Below are positions 1-10,245 of a DNA stretch of 64,000 nt, one piece after another; position 1 is the first letter of the stretch, and every line of letters starts with the position of its first letter. This DNA is from Planctomycetota bacterium (lineage in GTDB: Bacteria; Planctomycetota; UBA1135; GCA-002686595), in the NCBI GenBank assembly GCA_016795245.1, contig JAEUIA010000097.1, positions 20,267 through 84,266 of the forward strand, read 5' to 3'. The notes under the pieces were generated by a model. The model saw only the letters and a program-made list of their open reading frames with translations. It was not told the DNA's origin and ran no database searches. The position numbers and the translations under genes are program-made.

Positions 1-1045
1 CGCTCTTCGGGTCGAGCGCATCGCGCAGCCCGTCGCCCAAGATATTCAGCGCGAGCAAGGTCGTGCCCATCGCCACCGCGGGCCACACGAGCAGCCACCA
101 ATCGATGCCCAGCGGGTGGATCGTGTCCGCGCCGTCGACCGCGAGCAGTCCCCACGACACGCGCGGCGCTTCGATGCCGAGTCCCAGGAAGGTCAGGAAC
201 GACTCGAACAGCATCACCGACGGAATCGACAAGGTCAGGTACACGATGATGATGCCGAACACGTTGGGCACGATGTGCACGAACAAGATGCGCGCGGTCG
301 AAGCACCCATCTGCCGCGCCGCGTCGACGAACTCGGCGTGGCGCAGGCTCAGCACCTGGCCGCGCACGACGCGCGCCATCGTCAGCCAGTACACGGCGCC
401 GATCGACAGGTAGAACACGGCTTCACGGTTCAAACCCAGTCGCGTTTCCAACAGGTCCTTCCAGCCCTGCAGGATCGTGATCAAGAAGATCACGATGAAG
501 ATGAACGGCAGTGAGTAGAGCACATCGACGATCCGCATCATCACGCGATCGGTGCGACCGCCGACGAAGCCCGCGAAGGCGCCCCACGTGACGCCGATCA
601 CGAGGCTCGTGAGCATCGCGAGCAGCGCGACCGCGATCGACGTGCGGCTGCCCCACACGATGCGACTCAGGAGGTCGCGGCCTTTGGAATCCGTGCCCAG
701 CCAGGGGCCCGTCTGCCAATCGCCGAAGAGCGCCACGCGCGCATCGACGAGGCGCTCGTCCACGCTCGAGAGCGGCCAGTACTCGCGCTGAAAACCGTGG
801 TTTCCAATGCTCGTCCACGGACCCGCGGGGGGAGTGGGTTCGGCGGAAAGTTCGAGTGCGGCAGGCGAGGGCAGCGGCAACAGCGGAGCGAGGAGGCTCG
901 TCAGACCCACCAGCGCGAGGAACATCAACGACCACCACGCGACGCGATTGCGGCGGAGCCTGCGCCAGGCTTCGGCACCCAAAGCGGCGCCGCGCTCGGG
1001 CGTGACCGCGGGTGCATCGAGCTTCCAACGCAGCAGCGCGCCCAT
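1..1045 (-). CDS. Oligopeptide/dipeptide ABC transporter permease, OppC/DppC type (C-terminus runs off the left edge)
   Basis: Own reverse-strand translation; this frame is absent from the ORF track because its stop lies outside the window. It reads MGALLRWKLD...WLGTDSKGRDLLSRIVWGSR...ITILQGWKDL...LLALNILGDGLRDALDPKS. The ATG at 1045 shares 1 nt with the TGA of the upstream permease (TGATG). Confidence 0.85.
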   Translation of the reverse strand, partial: MGALLRWKLDAPAVTPERGAALGAEAWRRLRRNRVAWWSLMFLALVGLTSLLAPLLPLPSPAALELSAEPTPPAGPWTSIGNHGFQREYWPLSSVDERLVDARVALFGDWQTGPWLGTDSKGRDLLSRIVWGSRTSIAVALLAMLTSLVIGVTWGAFAGFVGGRTDRVMMRIVDVLYSLPFIFIVIFLITILQGWKDLLETRLGLNREAVFYLSIGAVYWLTMARVVRGQVLSLRHAEFVDAARQMGASTARILFVHIVPNVFGIIIVYLTLSIPSVMLFESFLTFLGLGIEAPRVSWGLLAVDGADTIHPLGIDWWLLVWPAVAMGTTLLALNILGDGLRDALDPKS

Positions 1046-2034
1046 CAGCCCTCCTCCTCGAGCGCGACGCGCGGATCGAGCCAGGTGTAGAGCACGTCGA
1101 CCAAGACGTTCAGGCCGCAGACGAGCGTCGTGTAGAGGATCGTGACGCCCATCGCGAGCGTGTAATCCCGGTTGAGCGCGCTGTTCACGAAGTGCGAACC
1201 GGTGCCGGGTATGGCGAAGATGCGTTCGATCACGAGGCTGCCCGTCAAGATGCCGGCGGTCGCCGGGCCCAGGTACGACACCACCGGCACGATGCCTGCG
1301 CGCAGCGCGTGGCGCAGCAAGATCGTGCGCGGCGGGACACCTTTGGCGCGCGCGGTGCGGATCCAATCGAAGGACAGCGCGTCGAGCATCCCGGCGCGCG
1401 TCAAGCGCGCGATGTAGGCCGCGAAGGGCAGCCCCAATGCGCAACCGGGCAACACCATGTGCTCCCACGATCCGTAGCCCGCGACGGGGAACAGCGGCAC
1501 GAGGAACGCGAACAGGATCACCAGGAATCCCGCGATCACGAAATTGGGCACGGCGATCCCGATCGTCGCCGTCGTGCGCACGAGCGTGTCGAGCGAACTG
1601 CGCGGGTACTGCGCCGACACGAGGCCCGCCGCCAATCCGAGCACCAGCGCGAACGCCAGCGCGACTCCGCCCAGGGCGAGCGAGATCGGCAGGGACTGCG
1701 CCAGGATGTCGTTGACCGTCGTGTCGCGATAGCGAAACGACGGACCGAAATCTCCGGCCAAAACGCCGCCGAACACGCGCGTCCCGTCGCCGCCCAGCCA
1801 CGCCGCGCGCTGTTCGCCGAGTTCCAGCGGCCCGACGTAGGCCGCGTACTGCTTCCACAGGGGCCAATCGAGGTGGTAGCGCGCTTTCAAGTTGGCTTCG
1901 ATCGCCGGCGACAGCGCGCGCTCCGAATCGAACGGTCCGCCGCGCACGGCGCGCATCATCGCGAACGACAGCGTGACGACGCAGAACAGCGTCACCGCGA
2001 ACCAGCCCGCGCGCCGCAGCAGGAAGCGGATCAC
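1045..2034 (-). CDS. Oligopeptide/dipeptide ABC transporter permease, OppB/DppB type
   Basis: 329-aa ORF. The N-terminus MIRFLLRRAGWFAVTLFCVVTLSFAMMRAV and the C-terminus VLVDVLYTWLDPRV are typical of this family. It overlaps both flanking genes by a few nt, in operon fashion. Confidence 0.9.
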   Translation of the reverse strand: MIRFLLRRAGWFAVTLFCVVTLSFAMMRAVRGGPFDSERALSPAIEANLKARYHLDWPLWKQYAAYVGPLELGEQRAAWLGGDGTRVFGGVLAGDFGPSFRYRDTTVNDILAQSLPISLALGGVALAFALVLGLAAGLVSAQYPRSSLDTLVRTTATIGIAVPNFVIAGFLVILFAFLVPLFPVAGYGSWEHMVLPGCALGLPFAAYIARLTRAGMLDALSFDWIRTARAKGVPPRTILLRHALRAGIVPVVSYLGPATAGILTGSLVIERIFAIPGTGSHFVNSALNRDYTLAMGVTILYTTLVCGLNVLVDVLYTWLDPRVALEEEG

Positions 2035-3788
2035 CGCCGCTCTCCGTCGGCGTTCCAGCGCCAGAACTTCGGAAAGTGGATGTCCAGATTGTTCGGGTGG
2101 AAGCCCGCGAGGCGCGGATCGACGAGGCTCGTCGTCGTGAAGCCGAACAGCGGGATGATCGGCAGCAGTTCCAGCAGGCGTGCCTCCGCTTCCGCGTACA
2201 AGCGCTTGCGCTCCGCGCCGCGCGCGGTCAAGGCCTCGGCGAGCAGGGCGTCGTAGCGCGCATCGGCGAAACCCGTGCGGTTGTTGGCGCTCGCTTGCGT
2301 CAGCACTTCCAGGAACGAAGCCGGATCAGGGTAATCCGCGATCCAGGTCGAGCGCGAGATGTCGTAGTCGAGACGCCGCTGCGTGTCGAGCGCGACCTTC
2401 TTCTCTTGGTTGGTGAGTTTGACGTCGAGCCCCAGATGGAGCTTCCAATCGCGCGCCACGACCTCGGCGATGTCGCGATTCGTCGACTGCGTGTTGTAGT
2501 GGATCTCGATGCGCCGCAGCGCTCGTGCGCCCGGACCGTAGCCGGCTTCGCGCAGCAAGCGCTGCGCTTCGGCGACGTCGCGCGCGTAGTCCGCAACCGG
2601 GTCCTCCGTCGTCGTGCGCAACGCCGGCGGCACGTAGCCTGTCACCGGCGTGATCGCGGACGGGACCCACGAATACAAGGGCGGTTCTCCGGCGCGTGTG
2701 ATCTTGGACGTCAGCGCACGCCGGTCGATCGCGAGCGCCAGCGCACGGCGCACGCGCGCGTCGTCCAACGGGGGGCGCGTCACGTTCACGCGGTAGAAAT
2801 AGGTCGCGAGGTAGGGCGTCGGATTCCAATCGGCGCGCCCTGCGAGCCGCGGCACGACGCCGGCCGGCACCTCGTTCACGAAGCCGACGGCGCCGGTCAG
2901 GTACAGATTCAAGTTGGTCGAGAGGTGTTCCGACGCCAGGACGTCGATGGTCTCGAACGCGACGTTGTCACGATCCCAGTACTGGTCGTGTCGCGCCAGC
3001 CGGATGCGGTCGTTCACGCGCCGCTCGACGACGCGCCAGGGCCCGTTCGTCACCAGATTCTCGGGACGCAGACGCTCGATGCGCCACGTATTCGGGAACT
3101 GCGCGCGCATCTCGTCCAACGCGCGCTGATTGAGCGGGGCGAGCGGCGGGTAGGCCGCGAGGTACAGAAACCACGGCACCGGTCGCTCCAGTTCGACGAC
3201 GAGCGTGCGCGCATCGGGCGTGCGGATGCCGACGGTGTCGAAGCCGCGCAGCGCGGCGCCCGAATCATCGACGTTGGTCGCGTACTCGCGCGCGCCGCGC
3301 ACGCAGTACAGGAGGTAGGCGTACTCCGCCGCCTCGCGCGGATCGAGCAGGCGCGCGAACCCGGCCTTGAAATCAGCCGCGACGACCTCGTCGCCGTTCG
3401 TCCAGCGCGCACCCGAGCGCAGATGGAACGTGTAGGTCAATTCGTCGGCCGAGATCTCCCAACGCTCGGCCATGCCCGGAAGCGGCGCGAGCGTCTTGGG
3501 ATCGAGCACGCACAGACCTTCGAAGATGGCGCGCATGAGCCGGCCTTCGGGCGCTCCGGTCGTCTGCGTCGGGTCCAGCGAAGTCGGTTCGGCGCCGTTC
3601 GCGAAGGTGAAGTCAGCCTGGTCGAGCCCGGCCTCGAGCCCCACGCGCCAGGCCCCGTAGCCGAGCACCGCGAGCAGCAAGAGGACCACGAAGAAGCCTT
3701 GTTTTCCTGCGCCGCGGCCGCGCAGGCCGTTGTGCGCGCCCATGCGGCGCAGGATAGCAGTCCAGGGGGGCCACACAAGGCGGGGCAC
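2031..3788 (-). CDS. ABC transporter substrate-binding protein, family 5 (peptide/nickel, OppA-like)
   Basis: 585-aa ORF with a TM/signal segment (FFVVLLLLAVLGYGAW) followed by ANGAEPTSLDPTQTTGAPEGRLMRAIFEGL. It is first in the operon with the OppB/C-type permeases. The track start at 3788 is GTG; the ATG at 3743 (MGAHNGLRG...) is the more likely start. Confidence 0.85.
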   Translation of the reverse strand: MPRLVWPPWTAILRRMGAHNGLRGRGAGKQGFFVVLLLLAVLGYGAWRVGLEAGLDQADFTFANGAEPTSLDPTQTTGAPEGRLMRAIFEGLCVLDPKTLAPLPGMAERWEISADELTYTFHLRSGARWTNGDEVVAADFKAGFARLLDPREAAEYAYLLYCVRGAREYATNVDDSGAALRGFDTVGIRTPDARTLVVELERPVPWFLYLAAYPPLAPLNQRALDEMRAQFPNTWRIERLRPENLVTNGPWRVVERRVNDRIRLARHDQYWDRDNVAFETIDVLASEHLSTNLNLYLTGAVGFVNEVPAGVVPRLAGRADWNPTPYLATYFYRVNVTRPPLDDARVRRALALAIDRRALTSKITRAGEPPLYSWVPSAITPVTGYVPPALRTTTEDPVADYARDVAEAQRLLREAGYGPGARALRRIEIHYNTQSTNRDIAEVVARDWKLHLGLDVKLTNQEKKVALDTQRRLDYDISRSTWIADYPDPASFLEVLTQASANNRTGFADARYDALLAEALTARGAERKRLYAEAEARLLELLPIIPLFGFTTTSLVDPRLAGFHPNNLDIHFPKFWRWNADGERR

Positions 3789-3964
3789 CGGCGCCCGAAG
3801 GCCGCCTGATGTGCGGCGACTTGCGTCGAAACCCCGGTTGCTCGGGTGCGCGGCGCGACTAGGGCAGGAGCGAATGCAGCATCGAGGCGCAGCTCCGCGC
3901 TCGAGTGCGGTTCGCCCGCTGCGGTGATGTCGTGGGTCGGCCTCGCACCGTACGATCCCATTCC

Positions 3965-5974
3965 ATGAGACTCCCTTTCACCGTGCTCGCTCTGGTGGCG
4001 CTCGTGCTCTGCGCGCTTTTGGGCCACACGACCACGCACCCGGCTTCGGCGCCGACCGCGGCGCGAGCCCTGGGCGCGTCCCTGCCCGAGGATCGCGCAA
4101 CGCGCGTCGTCGACGAGTTCCATCCCGACCGCACGCCGGGCAAAGACGGCGCGCGTCCGCCGCTGCCTCAGCCCGCGTGGGGCGGGCGTGCGATCGTGCA
4201 CCTCGACTCGATGCCGAAGAGCCTGTGCTACGCGGTCGAAAGCTCGGGTGCCGTGCGGCGCGTGCTGTACGAACTGCACGAGACCCTGCTCTTGCGCGAT
4301 TGGGAGACTTTCGAGATCAAGCCCGATCTGTGCGCGAGCTACACGGTCGAAGATCGGCTCGTGCCCAATCTCGAGGCAGCTGAGTCCGAGGAATTCGGCG
4401 CGATCACGGAGGACGGTGATTTCTGGGTCATCACACCCGTCTCGCCCGAGAATCGGATGAAGGCACCGCGCCGTGTGTCGAAGACGCAGGTCGCGCGCAT
4501 CGAACGCGGAACCGTGTTCACGTTTCGCCTGCGTGCGGGCGTGAAGTGGCACGACGGACACGAATTCGACGCGCGCGACGTGGCCTTCAGTTTGTCGCTG
4601 TACGCCAATCCGGACGTGCGCTGCGACGACAAGCGCTTCGCCTACGCCGATATCCAGCACGTCGAGGTCGTGTCGCCGAGCGTCGTGCGCGTGACCTACG
4701 AGCACCAGTATTTCATGGCGCTCATGAGCCTGGGCGACCTGTTCATCCTGCCGTCGCACCTGTACGACCTCTCCGACCCCGACAACGCGCGCGCCGATCC
4801 CGAATACCACGCACAAAAACGCGCCGCGAATCCGGACTGGAAGGCTTCACCCGCCGAGCAGGCGGCCTACGTCAACGAGAACCCGCACAACCGCGCGTTC
4901 GTCGGCCTGGGCCCGTACAAGCTCGCGCAATTCACCAACGAGTACATCGAGGCCGTGCGCTTCGACGGCTACTTCGCTCCCCAGCAGGCGGGCTACCTCG
5001 ACACGTTGCGCTGGCGCGCGATTCCGGATTCGTCGGCCGCGTTCCGGGCCTTCTTGAACGGCGAACTGGATTTCTTCAATTCGGTCACGACCGACGATTA
5101 CTTCTCGAGCGCGCTGGATGCGGACCTGTTCAAGCAGCGCGCGTACAAGGGCTGGCACGAGACATCGGCGTATTGGTACGTGGGTTGGAATTGCCTGAAG
5201 CCCAAGCTCGCCGATCCGCGCGTGCGGCGCGCGCTCGCGCACCTGTTCGACTTCGACGAGTTCCGCGACAACTTCTATCGCGGGCTCGCGCGCCAGGTCA
5301 CCGGCATGTACTTGCCGAGTTCGCCGGCCTACAACCACGACGTCGAGCCCTACGCCTACGACCCCAAGCTCGCGCGCACGCTCCTGACCGACGCCGGGTG
5401 GTACGACCGCGACAACGATCGCATCATCGACAAGGACGGCGAGCCGCTCGTGATCGAGATCCTGTTGCAGTCGGGTAACGCGGTCGGAAGGGCCTTCGCC
5501 GCCAAGCTGCAAGAGAACTTCGCGCGCGCAGGCATCAAGCTCGTGGCCACGTCGCTCGACTGGGCGGCGCTCAGTCAGCGCCGCACAGCCGGTGACTTCG
5601 ACGCGATCGCGATGGGTTGGGCGCCGCCGTTCGAGAGCGACCCCGAGCAGGCGTTCCACTCGCGCTGGGGCCTGGCCGAGAAAAAGGGCTCGAATTACAT
5701 CGGTTTCGCCGATCCCGAGACGGACAAGCTGATCGACGAGGGGCGCGCGGAACTCGACCCCGTGAAGCGCGCGGCGGTGTGGCGGCGCCTGCACGCCCGG
5801 GTGTACGAGATGCAGCCGTATCTCTTCTGCTACAACCCGCCGCGCAAGTTCGTCATGAACCGTGCGCTGCGCGGGTTCCAGAGTTTTGCGCTCGATCCGA
5901 ACTACGCGTTGCGGCGCTGGTACTACGCTGCCGGGACACCGGGGACGCGCGCGCAGGCGGCGCAACCCAAGTAG
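3965..5974 (+). CDS. Large family-5 ABC substrate-binding protein (YejA-like by size and operon context)
   Basis: The ORF track gives 3905..5974. The in-frame ATG at 3965 gives a signal peptide MRLPFTVLALVALVLCALLG. Length is ~669 aa. It is followed by two permeases and a fused double ATPase. Confidence 0.8.
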   Translation: MRLPFTVLALVALVLCALLGHTTTHPASAPTAARALGASLPEDRATRVVDEFHPDRTPGKDGARPPLPQPAWGGRAIVHLDSMPKSLCYAVESSGAVRRVLYELHETLLLRDWETFEIKPDLCASYTVEDRLVPNLEAAESEEFGAITEDGDFWVITPVSPENRMKAPRRVSKTQVARIERGTVFTFRLRAGVKWHDGHEFDARDVAFSLSLYANPDVRCDDKRFAYADIQHVEVVSPSVVRVTYEHQYFMALMSLGDLFILPSHLYDLSDPDNARADPEYHAQKRAANPDWKASPAEQAAYVNENPHNRAFVGLGPYKLAQFTNEYIEAVRFDGYFAPQQAGYLDTLRWRAIPDSSAAFRAFLNGELDFFNSVTTDDYFSSALDADLFKQRAYKGWHETSAYWYVGWNCLKPKLADPRVRRALAHLFDFDEFRDNFYRGLARQVTGMYLPSSPAYNHDVEPYAYDPKLARTLLTDAGWYDRDNDRIIDKDGEPLVIEILLQSGNAVGRAFAAKLQENFARAGIKLVATSLDWAALSQRRTAGDFDAIAMGWAPPFESDPEQAFHSRWGLAEKKGSNYIGFADPETDKLIDEGRAELDPVKRAAVWRRLHARVYEMQPYLFCYNPPRKFVMNRALRGFQSFALDPNYALRRWYYAAGTPGTRAQAAQPK

Positions 5975-5989
5975 GGGACGAGAACGCGC

Positions 5990-7045
5990 TTGAGCTTCGT
6001 CATCCGGCGTGTGTTGTGGATGGTGCCCACGCTCCTCGGCATCACGCTCGTCGTGTTCCTGGCGATGCACGCCGTGCCCGGAGATCCGGGTGACGTCGTC
6101 CTGGGCAGCGACGCGGGTTCGCAACCGGGCGGGGTCGACATCGACGCCGCAGCGGAGCGCATTCGCAAGGAGAACCTCCTCGATGCGCCGCTCGCGCTGC
6201 AATACCTGCATTTCCTGGGGCCCTTCGACCTGTCGCCCGGCGGACACGAGTGGTTCGGCGGAAGCGGAGCGCAGCCCTGGCACGGCATCCTGGCACTCGA
6301 TTTCGGCCGCGAGTTCCAGCGCGCCGACGTGCGCGTGGGCGCCGAGATCTTGCGTCGCGCGGCGGTCACGGCGCCGCTGGCGTTGGCGGCGATCCTGCTC
6401 ACGTACCTGATCGCGATTCCGCTCGGGGTGTGGTCGGCGGCGCGCGCGGGGACGCGGCGCGAGCGGCTCGTGGGGTTGCTCTTGTTCCTGTTGGATGCCG
6501 TGCCTGTGTTCTGGCTGGGGCTGTTGCTGGTGCTCGCGTTCGGCGCCACGGGCCTCGGTTGGTTGCCCGTCATCGGACTGCACGACAAGGACGCGCGCGA
6601 ACTCGGCGCGCTGGCGCGGATCGTCGACACGCTCAGACATGCCTTGTTGCCGGTGCTCACGCTGACCCTGGGCAGCCTCGCGTTTCTCTCGCGACAGGTG
6701 CGCGGCGGCGTCGTGGCTGCGCTGCGCGAGGACTTCGTGCGCACGGCGCGTGCCAAAGGCGTGCGCGAGCGCGAGGTGTTGACGCGGCATGCGCTGCGCA
6801 ACGCGTTGCTGCCGGTGATCACGCTCGTCGGCGCGATCTTCCCGGCGCTCGTGACGGGCTCGATCATCGTCGAGACGATCTTCGACATCGAAGGACTGGG
6901 CCGGTACGCGTACGAGGGTCTGCTCGCGCGCGACACGAACATCGTACTCGGCACGACGGTCGTGTCGGCTCTCTTCACCATGGTCGGCGTGCTCGTATCC
7001 GACATCCTCTACGCGGTGTGTGATCCGCGCATCCGCCATGCGTGA
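5990..7045 (+). CDS. ABC transporter permease, OppB/YejB type
   Basis: 351 aa with a TTG start. Sequence reads SFVIRRVLWMVPTLLGITLVVFLAMHAVPGDPG ... DILYAVCDPRIRHA. Confidence 0.88.
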   Translation: MSFVIRRVLWMVPTLLGITLVVFLAMHAVPGDPGDVVLGSDAGSQPGGVDIDAAAERIRKENLLDAPLALQYLHFLGPFDLSPGGHEWFGGSGAQPWHGILALDFGREFQRADVRVGAEILRRAAVTAPLALAAILLTYLIAIPLGVWSAARAGTRRERLVGLLLFLLDAVPVFWLGLLLVLAFGATGLGWLPVIGLHDKDARELGALARIVDTLRHALLPVLTLTLGSLAFLSRQVRGGVVAALREDFVRTARAKGVREREVLTRHALRNALLPVITLVGAIFPALVTGSIIVETIFDIEGLGRYAYEGLLARDTNIVLGTTVVSALFTMVGVLVSDILYAVCDPRIRHA

Positions 7046-8633
7046 CGGCGCGGACTCGGAGCCCTCGTTCGTGAGTCGCTGGCTGCGCTCGAAGAGCGCA
7101 CGCGCCGCGGCTTGCGTGCTCGTGCTGTGGTTCAGCACGGCCTTGTTCGCGCCGTTTCTGGCCGGCGATCGCCCGTACTGGATGCGCGCCGTGGACCTCG
7201 GGCGGCACGAGGCTGCGCGCACGAGTCTGGAGGCGGTGACGCGCGCCTGGGTCGCGCTCGAGGCGGAGGGCGAGAGCGCCTGGAACGCGCGGCGGCCTGC
7301 GCATGTAGGTCAGAGGTACGCCGAAGCTCTGGCGTTGGAAGAGCGCGCCGCCTTCGTGCGCGTAGCGACCCTGCGCGCCGCGCTGGCGCCGGAGGAGACC
7401 GCGGCCGCGCGGGCCTTGGACGAATTCCGCGCAGCCGCTCCGGCAACGCGAATGGAGCGCGCCACCGCCGTGGCGCGTGCGCTGCGTCCACATTCCATCG
7501 CTGCGGCGGCGGGAGATACCGGCGGAGTGCGGCTCGTGAGCACGACGAGCACGCCGCTCCTCTCGGCGCTGTCCGGAGTCGAAGCCGCGCTCGCCGCGGG
7601 CTGGATCAGTGTGTGGATCGCGCTCCTCGTCCTGCGCTCGCTGCGCGCGCGGATTGCGCTCGTCGCGGTGACGCTGATCACAGTCGGTGGCGCGTGGCGT
7701 CCGCTCGTCGGCGACGACACACAGACGGAATCGATCAAGGCGGCCATCGCGCGCGGTGACATCGTGGTCGAGAGCGCCGTGTTCCCGCCGCTTCCGATGG
7801 GGCCGTCCGAGACGCACATGCGCGAAGCCTACCGCCCGCCGACCTGGCTCGCGGGCGCGCGCGCGGCCTCTCCCTCGGAACGCGATGCCGGATTCAAGCC
7901 TGGCGGCGCCGTGCAGTCGGTCACGCGCTTCGAACCAGCGCTCGATTCGCCGTGGAGGCACATCCTCGGCACGGATTCGCTCGGACGCGACCTGTTGGCG
8001 CGGCTGATCTTCGGTGCGCGCGTCAGTTTGTTCGTCGGCAACGCGGCGGCCGTGCTCTTGACGCTCATCGGCATCCTGCTCGGCGTCTGGGCCGGACGGC
8101 GCAGGGGTCTCGCTGATTTCGTCGTGTCGCGCACGATCGAAGTCGTGATGTGTTTCCCAGGGTTCGTGCTGGTGCTCTGCGCGCTGTTTTTCGTCGATCC
8201 CCAGTCAGCACCACCGCTCGTTCTGGTGGCGCTGTTGATCGGCCTCGTGGGCTGGACCGGCGTCGCGCGCCTCGTGCGCGCGGAGACCCTGCGCATCCGT
8301 GAACTCGACTACATCGCAGCGGCGCGCGCTGCAGGCGTCGGCGAGAGCGCGATTCTGTGGCGGCACATCCTGCCCAACGCGGTGCAACCCGCGATCATCG
8401 CTTTCGCCTTCGCCGTCGGTGCCGCCGTGTTGACCGAATCCGCGCTCTCCTTCCTCGGCTTCGGCGTTCAAATACCGACGGCGTCGTGGGGTGCACTCGT
8501 GTCGGACTCGAAGAGCGCCGACCACGCGTGGATCTGGGTCGTGCCGGGCCTCGCGATCTTCAGCGTCGTGGCGAGCTACAACATCCTGGGGGAGGCGTTG
8601 CGCGATGCGCTCGACCCGCGTCATGAACGCTGA
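7038..8633 (+). CDS. ABC transporter permease, OppC/YejE type, with a long N-terminal insertion
   Basis: The core motifs ILGTDSLGRDLLARLIFGARVSLFVG and ILGEALRDALDPRHER are present. About 300 residues precede the LGTD motif, versus roughly 60-90 as I recall for typical OppC. The ATG at 7038 overlaps the upstream stop (7043-7045); the track start is a GTG at 7020. Confidence 0.8.
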   Translation: MRDGADSEPSFVSRWLRSKSARAAACVLVLWFSTALFAPFLAGDRPYWMRAVDLGRHEAARTSLEAVTRAWVALEAEGESAWNARRPAHVGQRYAEALALEERAAFVRVATLRAALAPEETAAARALDEFRAAAPATRMERATAVARALRPHSIAAAAGDTGGVRLVSTTSTPLLSALSGVEAALAAGWISVWIALLVLRSLRARIALVAVTLITVGGAWRPLVGDDTQTESIKAAIARGDIVVESAVFPPLPMGPSETHMREAYRPPTWLAGARAASPSERDAGFKPGGAVQSVTRFEPALDSPWRHILGTDSLGRDLLARLIFGARVSLFVGNAAAVLLTLIGILLGVWAGRRRGLADFVVSRTIEVVMCFPGFVLVLCALFFVDPQSAPPLVLVALLIGLVGWTGVARLVRAETLRIRELDYIAAARAAGVGESAILWRHILPNAVQPAIIAFAFAVGAAVLTESALSFLGFGVQIPTASWGALVSDSKSADHAWIWVVPGLAIFSVVASYNILGEALRDALDPRHER

Positions 8634-10245
8634 TCCGCGCCAGGCCGTGTGCGTCGTGCGTGCGCTGAGCGTCGTGCTCGGGCGCGGTGCGGGCGCCGTG
8701 CGTGCGCTCGATCGCGTCGATCTCGTGATCCGGCCCGGCGAACGTGTGGCGGTGGTCGGTGAATCGGGATCGGGCAAGACGACGCTGGCGCTGGCGATCG
8801 CGCGTCTGCTCGGTGAGCGGGCACAGTGCGAGGGCACGATCCATTTCAACGGCCGCGACATCAGTTCCCTGAATCGAGAGGAAGCCCGTGCGCTGCGCGG
8901 GGCCTCGATCGGCGTCGTGTTCCAGGACCCGCATGGCGCGCTGAACCCGTTGATGCGCATCGAAGATCAAGTGGCGGAGGCGTGGACGGCGCACGGACGT
9001 CTCGCTCGCGCGGAGGCTCTCGAGCGCGCACGCGCGGCGCTCGCGCGCGTCGGTCTGGATGTCGAGCGCCACGCACGCGCCTATCCGCACGAACTCTCGG
9101 GCGGCATGCGCCAGCGCGTTCAGATCGCGATGGCGCTGGCGCACGGTCCGGCGCTCTTGATCCTGGACGAGCCCACGACGGCGCTCGACACGGTCACACA
9201 AAAGCGCATCTTCGACCTGATCGACGAGCTGCGCGCCGCGCAGGAGTTCGCCGTGTTGTTGATCACGCACGATCTGCCGCTGGCAGTCGAGCGTGCAGAC
9301 CGCATCGTCGCGCTCGAGCGTGGACGCGTGCTGTCCGATCGTTCCGCCGCGGATGTCGAAATCGAATCCCCGCGCGCACCGCGACCTCAGGGCATGGAGG
9401 CGCGGCGGAATCAGCCGCGCCTGGACGTCTTGAACCTGGGAGTGTCGTACTCGGTGAGGAGCGGCTGGTTCAGCCGCGCGCGCGGTCCGCGCATCATCGA
9501 CGGCGTGTCGCTCGCCATCGCGCCCGGTGAGGCGCTGGCGCTCGTCGGGAATTCGGGTTCGGGCAAGACCACGCTCGTGCGCGCGATCCTGCGGCTCGTC
9601 GAAGCCGATGATGGCGCGATCTTCTACCGTCGCCAGGACGCCGGTGATCCGATCGACGTGCGCGCTCTCTCCGCGCCGGATCTGCGCGCGGTGCGGCCCG
9701 ACTTCGGCATCGTGTTCCAGGACCCTGTCGCCAGCCTGGATCCGCGGCGTCGCGCGCGACAGGTGTTGCGCGACGCGCATCTCGTGCGCGCGGACGACAC
9801 ACGCGATCTGTCGGCGCGGATCGCACGCTCCTTGGACGAAGTCGGGCTGGAGCGACATCACCTGGACCGTTTTCCGCACCAGTTGTCCGGCGGCGAGGCG
9901 CAGCGTCTGTGTCTCGCGCGCGCGCTGGCGACGGATCCGCGTGTGCTCGTGCTCGACGAGGCGCTCGCGAGCCTGGACCCCGCGACGCGCAAGCGCATCC
10001 TGGACGTGCTGGAGCGCCTGCGCGCGGAGCGCGGCCTCGCGTGTCTATTGGTGACGCACGACCTGGGTTCGGTCGCGGCGTTCGCGGACCGCGTGGCGGT
10101 CTTGGTCGCGGGACGCATCGTCGAGAGCGGCCCGAACGAGCGCGTGTTCACCGAACCTCGGCACGCCGCGACGCGCGCGCTGCTCGACGCGCGCCCCGGG
10201 TCAGGTCAGCGCCAGAGAAAAGTCGCGCCGCAGGATCTCGCGTAG
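8623..10245 (+). CDS. ABC transporter ATP-binding protein with two fused ATPase domains (YejF-like)
   Basis: There are two Walker A sites (GESGSGKTT and GNSGSGKTT) and two signature motifs (LSGGMRQR and LSGGEAQR). The ATG at 8623 (MNADPRQ...) overlaps the permease stop. The track start at 8491 lies inside the permease gene. Confidence 0.9.
   Translation: MNADPRQAVCVVRALSVVLGRGAGAVRALDRVDLVIRPGERVAVVGESGSGKTTLALAIARLLGERAQCEGTIHFNGRDISSLNREEARALRGASIGVVFQDPHGALNPLMRIEDQVAEAWTAHGRLARAEALERARAALARVGLDVERHARAYPHELSGGMRQRVQIAMALAHGPALLILDEPTTALDTVTQKRIFDLIDELRAAQEFAVLLITHDLPLAVERADRIVALERGRVLSDRSAADVEIESPRAPRPQGMEARRNQPRLDVLNLGVSYSVRSGWFSRARGPRIIDGVSLAIAPGEALALVGNSGSGKTTLVRAILRLVEADDGAIFYRRQDAGDPIDVRALSAPDLRAVRPDFGIVFQDPVASLDPRRRARQVLRDAHLVRADDTRDLSARIARSLDEVGLERHHLDRFPHQLSGGEAQRLCLARALATDPRVLVLDEALASLDPATRKRILDVLERLRAERGLACLLVTHDLGSVAAFADRVAVLVAGRIVESGPNERVFTEPRHAATRALLDARPGSGQRQRKVAPQDLA

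Noticed and set aside
423-1028. A 201-aa minus-strand ORF in the first kilobase.
   Set aside because: It is out of frame with the OppC-type permease, which I translated by hand across 1..1045. That frame gives canonical permease motifs and this one gives Arg/Pro-rich sequence.
4847-7222. A 791-aa reverse-strand ORF. Similar very long ORFs lie antisense to, or out of frame with, recognised genes: 2076..3809 +, 16356..18002 +, 18621..20780 +, 26159..28072 -, 50654..52255 -, 56212..58293 -, 58224..60338 -, 22633..24852 +.
   Set aside because: They overlap genes with clear family motifs. Their products are dominated by Arg, Ala, Gly, Pro, His and Asp with no recognisable motifs. Long stop-free shadow frames are expected at this GC content.
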